From Demequinaceae bacterium (lineage in GTDB: Bacteria; Actinomycetota; Actinomycetes; Actinomycetales; Demequinaceae): a stretch of DNA of 32,000 bases. Of this stretch, positions 7,074 through 14,518 are shown piece after piece; position 1 is the stretch's first letter; every line of letters starts with the position of its first letter. Below the pieces are notes generated by a model, which made no database searches, was not told the DNA's origin, and saw only the letters and a program-made list of their open reading frames with translations. Location of the stretch: contig OZ252279.1 in the NCBI GenBank assembly GCA_965250005.1, positions 1,380,001 through 1,412,000 of the forward strand, given 5' to 3'. The position numbers and the translations under genes were made by a program.

Positions 7074-7917
7074 ACAGCTCTTCACCTCGCCAGAAGAAAA
7101 CCACGCCAGCCCCCGCGAGGACCACCGCTGCCGTGCCACATACCGCCCACGCGACGGGGGACGGGTCGGCACCTGTGATCAGTTGCGCGCGCAAGAGCTG
7201 GATGAAACTAGCGATCGGGTTGAGCCGCGCAATCTCCAACATTTCGGGACGATCTGCGAGAACCGCCTCCAGAGAATAGAAGATTCCACTCGAATAGAAA
7301 GCGACACGGTTAATCAATGGGATCAGTTGAGTGATGTCCCTCATGTGCACCGCAATTCGCGCAAAGACCAAACCGAGCCCTGCATTGAATATCGCCATCA
7401 AGAGCACAACGGGGATTACTACTAGCCATTTCCAAGTGATCGGCTCGCCAAACGAGACGACGATGACAAGCATGACCGCAAGTGCTGGGATGAATAGCAG
7501 CACCTGTTCAACCACAACAGCCAAAGGAAGCAGCACACGCGGGAAAGCAAGGCTGTGAACTAGCCCCTTGTTGCCGATCACCGATTTGGCGGTGGCTGTA
7601 AATGAGCGCGCATAGAACTGGTACAGGAACATGCCCACGATGAGAAAAGGGATGAAGTTTGCCGGGCGATACTCGCTCGGGAGAATGATTCCAAAGATGG
7701 TCCCAAAGATTGCTGCGAGGAGAATCGGCTGTATCACGACCCAACCCAAGCCCAAGCGATTCTCGCTCATTTGCGCGGATACTCGCGCGCGAGCGAGTTC
7801 GAACAAGAACGGGCGTCTCTGCCACGTCTCGGCAAAATATGCGCTCAGCGACTGACGCGCGCCTATTCTCGGCAACATCGCTGCCTCTTCGTCCAAACTA
7901 TGCGACATGCTCGTCAA
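7060..7917 (-). CDS. ABC-2 type polysaccharide/teichoic-acid export permease (TagG/KpsM/Wzm-like)
   Basis: 285-aa ORF with about 6 hydrophobic segments and typical ABC-2 features (...RRPFLFELARARVSAQMSENRLGLGWVVIQPIL...). The start at 7917 is TTG. ATG at 7908 is an alternative. Confidence 0.88.
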   Translation of the reverse strand: MTSMSHSLDEEAAMLPRIGARQSLSAYFAETWQRRPFLFELARARVSAQMSENRLGLGWVVIQPILLAAIFGTIFGIILPSEYRPANFIPFLIVGMFLYQFYARSFTATAKSVIGNKGLVHSLAFPRVLLPLAVVVEQVLLFIPALAVMLVIVVSFGEPITWKWLVVIPVVLLMAIFNAGLGLVFARIAVHMRDITQLIPLINRVAFYSSGIFYSLEAVLADRPEMLEIARLNPIASFIQLLRAQLITGADPSPVAWAVCGTAAVVLAGAGVVFFWRGEELYGRE

Positions 7918-7961
7918 TTCGTTCGACGTTCATCGATTCCCATTGCACACAGCAGATTCTC

Positions 7962-8225
7962 TCACGAATCAAGGCACCCATCTGCTAGCAACGCGTCCTG
8001 CTGTTCCGAGGCGGGTCGTCTGGTTTGAGCGGATATAGGCAACAGCATGGAACCAACCCTTCGCGCCCGCGCTGCTGTCACGCTAACCGCGAGCCACAAG
8101 TCGGTGCTGCGCACAGCCAGCACAAAGAAGGCCAACAAGGTCAAGGCGAGACCGAGGGGTAGCAGCGAGATTGAGGCAGCCGGCAACTGCACGGCGCGCG
8201 CGAGCGCAACGTTCACGACGTCCAT
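7962..8225 (-). CDS. Hypothetical small membrane protein (87 aa)
   Basis: ATG preceded by GGGGGAAGAAGAA (Shine-Dalgarno-like). A TAGATT -10-like hexamer ends 36 nt upstream of the ATG. One clear hydrophobic segment (LLPLGLALTLLAFFVLAV). No recognisable family. The Arg-rich C-terminus lowers confidence. Confidence 0.35.
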   Translation of the reverse strand: MDVVNVALARAVQLPAASISLLPLGLALTLLAFFVLAVRSTDLWLAVSVTAARARRVGSMLLPISAQTRRPASEQQDALLADGCLDS

Positions 8226-8259
8226 TTCTTCTTCCCCCAGTCAGCCCGCCTAGTACCCG

Positions 8260-8268
8260 GAATCTATC
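8260..8268 (-). promoter_or_regulatory. Promoter-like motif GATAGATTC (-10 hexamer TAGATT at 8266-8261 on the minus strand)
   Basis: The plus strand reads gaatctatc. The identical 9-mer recurs at 8915-8923 in the same position relative to another small membrane ORF. TAGATT fits the actinobacterial TANNNT -10 consensus. Confidence 0.35.
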
Positions 8269-8512
8269 GGGGAATACTCGCAACTGCGAGAGCAACATCC
8301 CTCATATCTTTGGCGCAAAATACTCTCACGCCGTCACAGTCAAAGGACCGCGCCAAAGTCGAGGCTGGCGCAGGCGCATTGAGACTATATGCCACGCAGG
8401 GGCATCAGAAACCCCAGGAGCCGGACGACTCAAACCAAGAGGCCGCGCGCTCGTGAGTATCCTTCATGCGGCACCGGCAAATCCTGCACCGCCTCGCAGG
8501 TCCCGACTGGTT

Positions 8513-8542
8513 CCGCCAATGAAGGCTACTTCGAATTGGCGG
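8513..8542 (-). terminator. Candidate hairpin terminator downstream of the 8555-8872 gene
   Basis: ccgccaat (8513-8520) pairs with attggcgg (8535-8542): an 8-bp stem with a 14-nt loop, 13 nt past the stop codon. There is no U-tract, so this is weak. Confidence 0.25.
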
Positions 8543-8554
8543 ACATTCCGGGCT

Positions 8555-8872
8555 CTACGCCTGCTCTTGCTCCAGTTGACCGAGCGTGGGCTCCACCGGC
8601 TCTAGCTCGATGCCCTTCTCCTCTAGCAGCGCGAGCGCACGGTCGCGTTGGTCGAGCGCCGGCCACTTGACGATGGCGAACACCAAAAACAGCAAGGGTC
8701 CGATCACTGGAACAAGCACCGCGATGACGCCCAGCCAGTGTGAATACCCTGCTTTGCGAGCCACCAACACTGCGGAGACCAGCAAGATGATTGTGAACAG
8801 GACGCTCAGTAGGGTGATCCAGCCGAGCCAATCGCTCACTAACTCCGACCAAGTGATGTTGTTGTCGTCCAT
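8555..8872 (-). CDS. Hypothetical small membrane protein (105 aa, 2 predicted TM segments, acidic C-terminal tail)
   Basis: GAGAGGAAG Shine-Dalgarno about 6 nt upstream of the ATG. Hydrophobic segments WLGWITLLSVLFTIILLVSAVLVA and WLGVIAVLVPVIGPLLFLVFAIV. A -10-like TAGATT ends 44 nt upstream of the ATG. Confidence 0.6.
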   Translation of the reverse strand: MDDNNITWSELVSDWLGWITLLSVLFTIILLVSAVLVARKAGYSHWLGVIAVLVPVIGPLLFLVFAIVKWPALDQRDRALALLEEKGIELEPVEPTLGQLEQEQA

Positions 8873-8911
8873 GCCGTCTTCCTCTCAGCGCCAGCACCCG
8901 CTGGCTGCTAC

Positions 8912-9991
8912 CTAGAATCTATCCGGGTACGTGGCTAGGCGCGCAAGTAGTTGCTCATTCTCTTCGCGCGAGCCGATGCTGATGCGGACACCCTCACCAC
9001 CAAACGGACGCACAAGAATGGCCGGGTCTGACGCCGCGAGGTGCTCGGCCGCGCGAGTCGACGCGTCAGCAACCGGCAGCCACACGAAGTTTCCTTGCGC
9101 CTCCGGAACCGACCAACGATCAGCCAGAAGCGCACTGCGCACTCGGTCGCGCTCGCCCACGACTTCGGCTACTCGTTCCAAGACCCTCTGCTCAACACTC
9201 AGCGCCGCGAGCGCCGCGGCTTGCGCCACCGCAGATACCGAGAACGGCGTGACGCACGCGCGGACCGGTGCTATCAGCTGCTCCGCGCCGAGGGCGTAGC
9301 CCACACGCAAACCCGCGAGGCCGTAGGCCTTGGAGAAGGTTCGCGTGACCACCACATTCGCGTGCGCGTCGATCAGGGCACGGCCATCAATGCTCTTGGG
9401 GTCGCGGACGAATTCGACGTACGCCTCGTCTACGACCACCAGGACCCGCTCAGGGATGGCCTTCATCAACTCGGCGAATTCGGCACTTCGGATCGCGGGT
9501 CCCGTGGGGTTGTTTGGGGTGCACACGAACACGACTCGAGTGCGGTCCGTGACAGCGGCGGCCATTGCCGAAAGGTCGTGGCGCGCTCCTTCGGCAAGCG
9601 GGACTGTAACCGGGACGGCACCGGCGACGGCAGTGATAATTGGGTACGCCTCGAACGAGCGCCAAGGAAAGACCACCTCGTCGCCCGCTTCGCAGTAAGC
9701 CTGCAGGATGTGGCCCAACACTGCGACCGACCCTGCGCTCACCGCTATTTGCGCAGGCGCGACCGCGTGCCGCGCGGCAAGCGCTTCCGTCAATTCAACG
9801 CTGAACATGTCTGCATACCGGTTCGACGTTGCCGCGGCTGCGGCCGCTGCCGCCGAAATCTCCGCGAACGGCGCAAAGGGCGTCTCGTTCGAGGAGAGTT
9901 TGATCGGCAACCGTCCGCCTTGCGGATTGCGGGCGCCCGGCACGTACTTAGGCATCGCCGCAATTGTTTTGCGTGGCTGCGGCTGAGTCAT
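8912..9991 (-). CDS. Class I/II PLP-dependent aminotransferase, histidinol-phosphate/aromatic aminotransferase family
   Basis: Trimmed from the 531-aa track ORF to ATG 9991 (MTQPQPRKTIAAMPKYVPG...), giving 359 aa. Motifs: LSSNETPF, CTPNNPTG, VVVDEAYVEF, and RTFSKAYGLAGLRVGY (PLP lysine). The 172 upstream codons are Arg/Pro/Thr-rich and antisense to the 10020-10418 gene. Confidence 0.85.
   Translation of the reverse strand: MTQPQPRKTIAAMPKYVPGARNPQGGRLPIKLSSNETPFAPFAEISAAAAAAAATSNRYADMFSVELTEALAARHAVAPAQIAVSAGSVAVLGHILQAYCEAGDEVVFPWRSFEAYPIITAVAGAVPVTVPLAEGARHDLSAMAAAVTDRTRVVFVCTPNNPTGPAIRSAEFAELMKAIPERVLVVVDEAYVEFVRDPKSIDGRALIDAHANVVVTRTFSKAYGLAGLRVGYALGAEQLIAPVRACVTPFSVSAVAQAAALAALSVEQRVLERVAEVVGERDRVRSALLADRWSVPEAQGNFVWLPVADASTRAAEHLAASDPAILVRPFGGEGVRISIGSREENEQLLARLATYPDRF
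8915..8923 (-). promoter_or_regulatory. Promoter-like motif GATAGATTC (-10 hexamer TAGATT at 8921-8916 on the minus strand)
   Basis: Same 9-mer as at 8260-8268. It overlaps the last codons of the upstream aminotransferase gene. Confidence 0.35.
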
Positions 9992-10019
9992 AGGGCAAGC
10001 ATGCCACCGACGTGGAACA

Positions 10020-10418
10020 ATGGCGGGCATGAGATTCACTATGCGATTCATCGCCACAGCGCTAGGCGTGTGGCTAGTGACGGCCCTCCCGCTCGACGTC
10101 CTGGTCGAGGGCGGTGACGGCTCGGGCTTCCAGCGCGTCTTGGTGTTCCTTGGTGTTGCCGGCATCCTGACGCTGGTTAACGGCCTAGTCAAGCCTGTGG
10201 TCAATTTCTTCACCCTTCCCGTTCGCGTCCTCACGCTCGGATTGTTCTCCTTGGTTGTTAGCTGGGCCATGCTCACTCTCACGGCGTGGATCAGTTCCAA
10301 GTTCAGTTTCGGCACGCTCGAGTTGGGCGGGTTCTGGAAAACGCTCTTGGCCGCGCTCGTCATCGCGATCATCACCGGGATCCTGGGCAAAGTTGCACCC
10401 AAGCGCGGCAGCAAGTAG
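10020..10418 (+). CDS. DUF360 / 'phage holin 4-2' family integral membrane protein (a housekeeping actinobacterial family, not evidence of a prophage)
   Basis: 132 aa. ILTLVNGLVKPVVNFFTLPVRVLTLGLFSLVVSWAML matches my memory of the family core (LvN..vrPil..ltlPl.ilTLGLF.lv.N). The start could instead be ATG 10029 or 10041. Confidence 0.7.
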   Translation: MAGMRFTMRFIATALGVWLVTALPLDVLVEGGDGSGFQRVLVFLGVAGILTLVNGLVKPVVNFFTLPVRVLTLGLFSLVVSWAMLTLTAWISSKFSFGTLELGGFWKTLLAALVIAIITGILGKVAPKRGSK

Positions 10419-10421
10419 CCG

Positions 10422-11849
10422 CTAGCCGCTCGTTGCCGCAACATACGAGGGCAGCGGGCTACCGTCGACGGCGGGACCAGGCGTGGCATCTGCTCCGCGC
10501 TCCACACGGAAAGTCGTCACCGTCGCCGTGGTTCCTGGCTCCGCGAAGAACTCCTCCGTTCGCCTCCGCCACTGGGCGAGAGACGAGTCTGTCGACCCGT
10601 CCACGAGCGAGCCCGTACGCACGTAAAACTCCGTCTGGTGCGCGGACACACTCCCGGTCGCAGCGTCCTGTTCTTGACCAACCGATGACTCCCCTAGCGA
10701 GCGTTCAACGGTGATGCGGTCGGGCGTGTCTGGGTTCTTGGCCCCGTCGAGCCCTGGCACGAAGTCCTCGCGATGCTCCAGATGCAGAACCTGCACTCCA
10801 GAGGGGGTGTCGATGCGCCCGCCGGGAGTGCCAGCGGTGACGACTGCGCTCAGAGAGTACATTGACGTGAACGCAGGTTGAGCCGCCAAGGCGAGAGCGG
10901 TCAGGCCTCCTTGGCTATGACCCACAAGCAGGACCGGCTCGTCTGGCCCTACCCCTAGCGCATCCATTGCTGAGATCACAGCGAGTGCCGGGTCCCCCAT
11001 CGCCGCCTGCACCTGTTGGCCATTTGCGAGATTGTCGAACACGTTCTCTCCCCCCACGTCGAACAACTCTTGCGTCCCCGGAATCTCCACGATCCACGAG
11101 ATCGAGCCATCGGCGTGCACGAGCCGTTCGACTGCGAGCGACCCAGGCTCGGCCCCGTTCCGAGGCTCGAGGGCGCCGACACGGGAGATCAACTGGCCTA
11201 GGCCGGCGGGTGCCGTGGTTTCCGCGACTGAAGTGGCCGAGATCGCGATACCGAACGGGCTGTGAACGACGTTTCCGATAGTTGCCATGGCCTCGGTTAG
11301 CGACTCTGTGGCTGCCGCGAATACGACGTCCGGGACTCCAAGCATCGCCTCGGTCAGGTCACGTCCAGGAGTGACTCGCACGTTGGGCACCGCCTCGGTG
11401 GGCACCCTTCCCAGGATGGTGATCTCGAAGAATGCGACAGCCGTCCCGCGCGCAAAGGATGCGAGCCCAACGGCAAGATCCCACCCGTACGCCGCGCTCA
11501 GCGCCGCGATGCTCGCGCCGCGTTCAGCCTCCACATATGCTCGCGCGGTTGCCGCGAGACGGCTAGCGGAATCATTCAAGTTTGCTGCGATGGGACCCGC
11601 TCCGCCTCGCGCGACCTCCGCTACTAGCAGGGCCCGTTGTGCCGCGTGTTTCAGCTCTTCTGTCTGCGGCCTGGTACCGGCGGACGCCCACTCCAATGCC
11701 ACGCGAGCCATTTGCAATTGATTGGCGACTTTTTCCATCTCTGCCGCCGCATCCACGAGGCCTTCGGAAGCTCGCCAAATGTCGGTGACCCGCGCTGCTG
11801 TTCCCGCGAACCCACCGGAAATTTCGAGCCAGTCCTCACTCAAGCGCAC
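10422..11849 (-). CDS. Alpha/beta hydrolase (lipase/esterase-like, GHSQGG nucleophile elbow) with an N-terminal helical domain of about 130 aa
   Basis: 475 aa. SWIVEIPGTQ...VLLVGHSQGGLTALALA is a class-3-lipase/DUF1023-like core. The N-terminal region is predicted helical, with no signal peptide or TM segment visible. The start overlaps the upstream small ORF by 10 nt. Confidence 0.75.
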   Translation of the reverse strand: MRLSEDWLEISGGFAGTAARVTDIWRASEGLVDAAAEMEKVANQLQMARVALEWASAGTRPQTEELKHAAQRALLVAEVARGGAGPIAANLNDSASRLAATARAYVEAERGASIAALSAAYGWDLAVGLASFARGTAVAFFEITILGRVPTEAVPNVRVTPGRDLTEAMLGVPDVVFAAATESLTEAMATIGNVVHSPFGIAISATSVAETTAPAGLGQLISRVGALEPRNGAEPGSLAVERLVHADGSISWIVEIPGTQELFDVGGENVFDNLANGQQVQAAMGDPALAVISAMDALGVGPDEPVLLVGHSQGGLTALALAAQPAFTSMYSLSAVVTAGTPGGRIDTPSGVQVLHLEHREDFVPGLDGAKNPDTPDRITVERSLGESSVGQEQDAATGSVSAHQTEFYVRTGSLVDGSTDSSLAQWRRRTEEFFAEPGTTATVTTFRVERGADATPGPAVDGSPLPSYVAATSG

Positions 11850-12109
11850 GGCCCCGCGCTGCGCTCAGCTACAAGCCAGGCGCCTACTTGTTCACGTGCC
11901 CCGTCGATACGGCCCGTGATCCCGTGAATATCCTGAAGTGCGTGCCAGAGTTCGGTCCGATAGACCGCTCGTTGATCCGAAATCCAATCGACCTCCGCTG
12001 AGGCTCGCACGTTCTGTACCGCGGCCCTAGCGGCGTCCGTCGCATCGTCGAGTCTCGCGCGCGCGACGCGGGCTGCCAGTTCCGCGTCGAGCTCAAATGA
12101 ATGCACCAT
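11840..12109 (-). CDS. Hypothetical small helical protein (89 aa), translationally coupled to the hydrolase
   Basis: GC-rich third positions. The ATG sits exactly 6 nt downstream of a TAATTT hexamer, a leaderless arrangement. There is a 10-nt overlap with the downstream hydrolase start. No family recognised. Confidence 0.45.
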   Translation of the reverse strand: MVHSFELDAELAARVARARLDDATDAARAAVQNVRASAEVDWISDQRAVYRTELWHALQDIHGITGRIDGAREQVGAWLVAERSAGPCA

Positions 12110-12115
12110 TCGTCG

Positions 12116-12121
12116 AAATTA
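12116..12121 (-). promoter_or_regulatory. -10 hexamer TAATTT positioned for a leaderless transcript starting at ATG 12109
   Basis: The minus strand reads TAATTT-cgacga-ATG. TANNNT followed by 6 nt and a start codon is the arrangement described for leaderless mRNAs in Actinobacteria. Confidence 0.35.
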
Positions 12122-12293
12122 GGACACAGGATCGGACGGGCAGGCGCGCCAGATCGACGCCGTGGATTTGTCGCGCCATTTGCCGCCTATGGACATCCGC
12201 CCAAGCAACGGGCGAGAAGGGCGCGCCGCGCGAGCCCGCCAGTCTGGCGTCGGCGCTCAAGCGTGGGAGAATGGTGCCGTGACCGCCCATTGG

Positions 12294-13703
12294 ATGCCGC
12301 TCGCGGACGTGACACCCGCCCTCGCCCTTGGCCCGCTCGACGGCAGGTACCGCACCGCGGTCGCCCCTCTCGTCGACCACCTTAGTGAGGCGGCGCTCAA
12401 CCGCGCGCGCCTGCACATCGAGGTGGAGTGGCTCATCCACCTGACGGACGAGCACGCCGTACCCGGGGCCGCCATGCTTACCGACGCGGACAAGAGTTAC
12501 CTCCGCGACCTCGTCTCCACCTTCGGCGCCGATGCGGTCGCTGAGCTAGCCGAGACGGAGCGTGTGACGGTTCACGACGTCAAGGCCGTCGAATACTTCC
12601 TCAGGAAGCGCCTCAAGGTGGCGGCCGAGGGTAGCGCGTTGCGCGGACTGGGCGAGCTGGTGCACTTCGCGTGCACGTCCGAGGACATCAACAACCTGTC
12701 GTACGCGGTCATGGTCAAGGGGGCTACACAAGACGTGTGGCTGCCGGCAGCGCGCGAGCTCGTCAACCAGGTCGCCGAGGTCGCGCGGGAGAACGCCGCG
12801 CAGCCCATGCTCGCGCGGACCCACGGTCAGCCTGCAACGCCAACGACGCTTGGCAAGGAGTTCGCGGTGCTCGCCCACCGCCTGGGCCGCCAAGTTCGGC
12901 GCATTGAGGGCCAGCAGTTCCTCGGCAAGATCAACGGCGCCACCGGAACCTATGGCGCGCATCTCGCGGCCGCGCCGGCAACGGACTGGACAGCCATCAG
13001 CCGGTCTTTCGTAGAGCACCTCGAGCTCGAATGGAACCCATTAACCACCCAAATCGAACCGCACGACTGGCAAGCCGAGCTCTACGCAGACGTGGCGCGT
13101 TTCAATCGCGTGCTTCACAACCTCGCGACGGACACCTGGACGTACATTTCGCTCGGCTACTTCGCGCAGGTGCGCGGCCAGGGAACCGTCGGCTCCTCGA
13201 CCATGCCTCACAAGGTCAACCCCATTCGATTTGAGAACGCCGAGGCAAACCTTGAACTCTCGTGCGCGCTCCTCGACTCCCTCGGCTCCACGCTGGTCAC
13301 CAGCAGAATGCAGCGAGACCTCACCGATTCGACCAGCCAGCGCAACATCGGCGTCGCTATTGGACATTCGCTGCTGGCGATTGACAACGTCCGCAAGGGC
13401 TTGGCGGGCCTGGACGTAAACCCCGAAGCGCTTGTGCGGGACCTCGATAGCAACTGGGAGGTGCTCGGCGAAGCAATTCAGTCCGCCATGCGCGCCGCTG
13501 GAATCGCCGGGACTCCCGGCATGGAGAACCCGTACGAGCGACTCAAGGACCTCACACGTGGGCGGCGAGTCGACGCCGCTGTGCTGCGTGAGTTCGTCGC
13601 GGGCCTAGGCCTGCCTGACGACGTCGCGGCTCGCCTCGCGGACATGACTCCCGCCACGTACGTGGGGGCTGCCGCAAGCCTGGTCGATTTCCTCGAGGAC
13701 TAG
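12294..13703 (+). CDS. purB: Adenylosuccinate lyase
   Basis: LGPLDGRYRTAVAPLVDHLSEAALNRARLHIEVEWLIHL resembles the E. coli-type PurB N-terminus. The fumarate-lyase signature SSTMPHKVNPIRFEN is present. Start trimmed from the track (12162) to ATG 12294. GTG 12279, with GGGAGA 8 nt upstream, is an alternative. Confidence 0.92.
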   Translation: MPLADVTPALALGPLDGRYRTAVAPLVDHLSEAALNRARLHIEVEWLIHLTDEHAVPGAAMLTDADKSYLRDLVSTFGADAVAELAETERVTVHDVKAVEYFLRKRLKVAAEGSALRGLGELVHFACTSEDINNLSYAVMVKGATQDVWLPAARELVNQVAEVARENAAQPMLARTHGQPATPTTLGKEFAVLAHRLGRQVRRIEGQQFLGKINGATGTYGAHLAAAPATDWTAISRSFVEHLELEWNPLTTQIEPHDWQAELYADVARFNRVLHNLATDTWTYISLGYFAQVRGQGTVGSSTMPHKVNPIRFENAEANLELSCALLDSLGSTLVTSRMQRDLTDSTSQRNIGVAIGHSLLAIDNVRKGLAGLDVNPEALVRDLDSNWEVLGEAIQSAMRAAGIAGTPGMENPYERLKDLTRGRRVDAAVLREFVAGLGLPDDVAARLADMTPATYVGAAASLVDFLED

Positions 13704-13705
13704 CG

Positions 13706-14491
13706 GTGTCCACGCACGTTGCGACCCGCCCGCGCCTGCGCGCGGAGGTGCTGATCGTGCTGGGGCTCAGCCTCGGATGGTCCGCCGTCCAGTCCGTGTG
13801 GATCCTCGTCGAACGATACTTGCGCGAGACGCCCATCGGCGAGCAAACCACAACTCTCAACCAGTCGGTCACTCAGGTCGACGTCATGGACTTGATCTAT
13901 CAACTGCTCCGGATCGGATTTTCTCTCATGCCCGTCCTGCTCGCTGTCTACCTGCTTGCCGGGCCAGGTATGACGGGCCTGCGGCGACTCGGACTGACAC
14001 GAGGCAGCGCCCCCGGCGAGAGCGTCCTCGGCGACGTGACCCGGGGCGCCGGACTGGCTGCGCTGATCGGCATCCCTGGACTGGGCGTCTACTACATCGG
14101 CAGGGCAATAGGACAGACCGTCTCTATCAATACCAGCGGCCTCCCAGACCAGTGGTGGACTGCGCTGGTGCTGCTGCTTGCGGCGGCTGCCGCCGCCGTG
14201 CTCGAAGAGACCGTGGCCGTCGGATACCTCGTGACTCGACTCCGCGAGATGGCATGGGGCGCCCCCGCGGCAATCGCCACGTCGGCCGTGCTTAGGGGGA
14301 GCTACCATCTGTACCAAGGCTGGCCCATGGCACTCGGGAACGCCGTCATGGGCGCCGTCTTCGCCTGGTATTTCGTCAAGCGAGGCAGAGTCGGACCCCT
14401 CATCGCAGCCCACGCCACGCTGGATCTGGTCGCCTTCGTTGGTCCCGAGGTGCTACCGGATTCCTGGCTCGCCGGAATCGGCCTCGTCTAG
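13706..14491 (+). CDS. CPBP family intramembrane glutamic endopeptidase (CAAX protease-like)
   Basis: 261 aa, multi-TM. VLEETVAVGYLVTRL (EExxxR motif), SYHLY and AAHATLDLV (His motifs). GTG start 2 nt after the purB stop. Confidence 0.8.
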   Translation: MSTHVATRPRLRAEVLIVLGLSLGWSAVQSVWILVERYLRETPIGEQTTTLNQSVTQVDVMDLIYQLLRIGFSLMPVLLAVYLLAGPGMTGLRRLGLTRGSAPGESVLGDVTRGAGLAALIGIPGLGVYYIGRAIGQTVSINTSGLPDQWWTALVLLLAAAAAAVLEETVAVGYLVTRLREMAWGAPAAIATSAVLRGSYHLYQGWPMALGNAVMGAVFAWYFVKRGRVGPLIAAHATLDLVAFVGPEVLPDSWLAGIGLV

Positions 14492-14506
14492 GGCCCCATC
14501 AATCCC

Positions 14507-14512
14507 TAGACT
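14507..14512 (+). promoter_or_regulatory. -10 hexamer TAGACT positioned for a leaderless transcript starting at ATG 14519
   Basis: TAGACT-ctcgggtc... read as TAGACT + 6 nt (cgggtc) + ATG. No Shine-Dalgarno sequence is present. Confidence 0.35.
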
Positions 14513-14518
14513 CGGGTC

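Noticed and set aside
9041-10117. 358-aa plus-strand ORF
   Set aside because: It is antisense to the aminotransferase, with an Arg-rich artefactual composition.
10020-10418. A 'phage holin' family member as evidence of a prophage
   Set aside because: The gene is isolated, with no other phage genes (integrase, terminase, capsid or tail) anywhere in the window. As far as I recall, the family is a widespread housekeeping membrane protein in Actinobacteria.
9992-10507. The N-terminal 172 codons of the 531-aa track ORF 8912-10507
   Set aside because: The Arg/Pro/Thr-rich extension is antisense to the well-supported DUF360 membrane gene. The aminotransferase homology begins at MTQPQPRK (ATG 9991).
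13700-14413. 237-aa minus-strand ORF and the 13777-14295 plus-strand ORF
   Set aside because: They are antisense to or off-frame of the CPBP protease gene, which has the expected EExxxR and His motifs.
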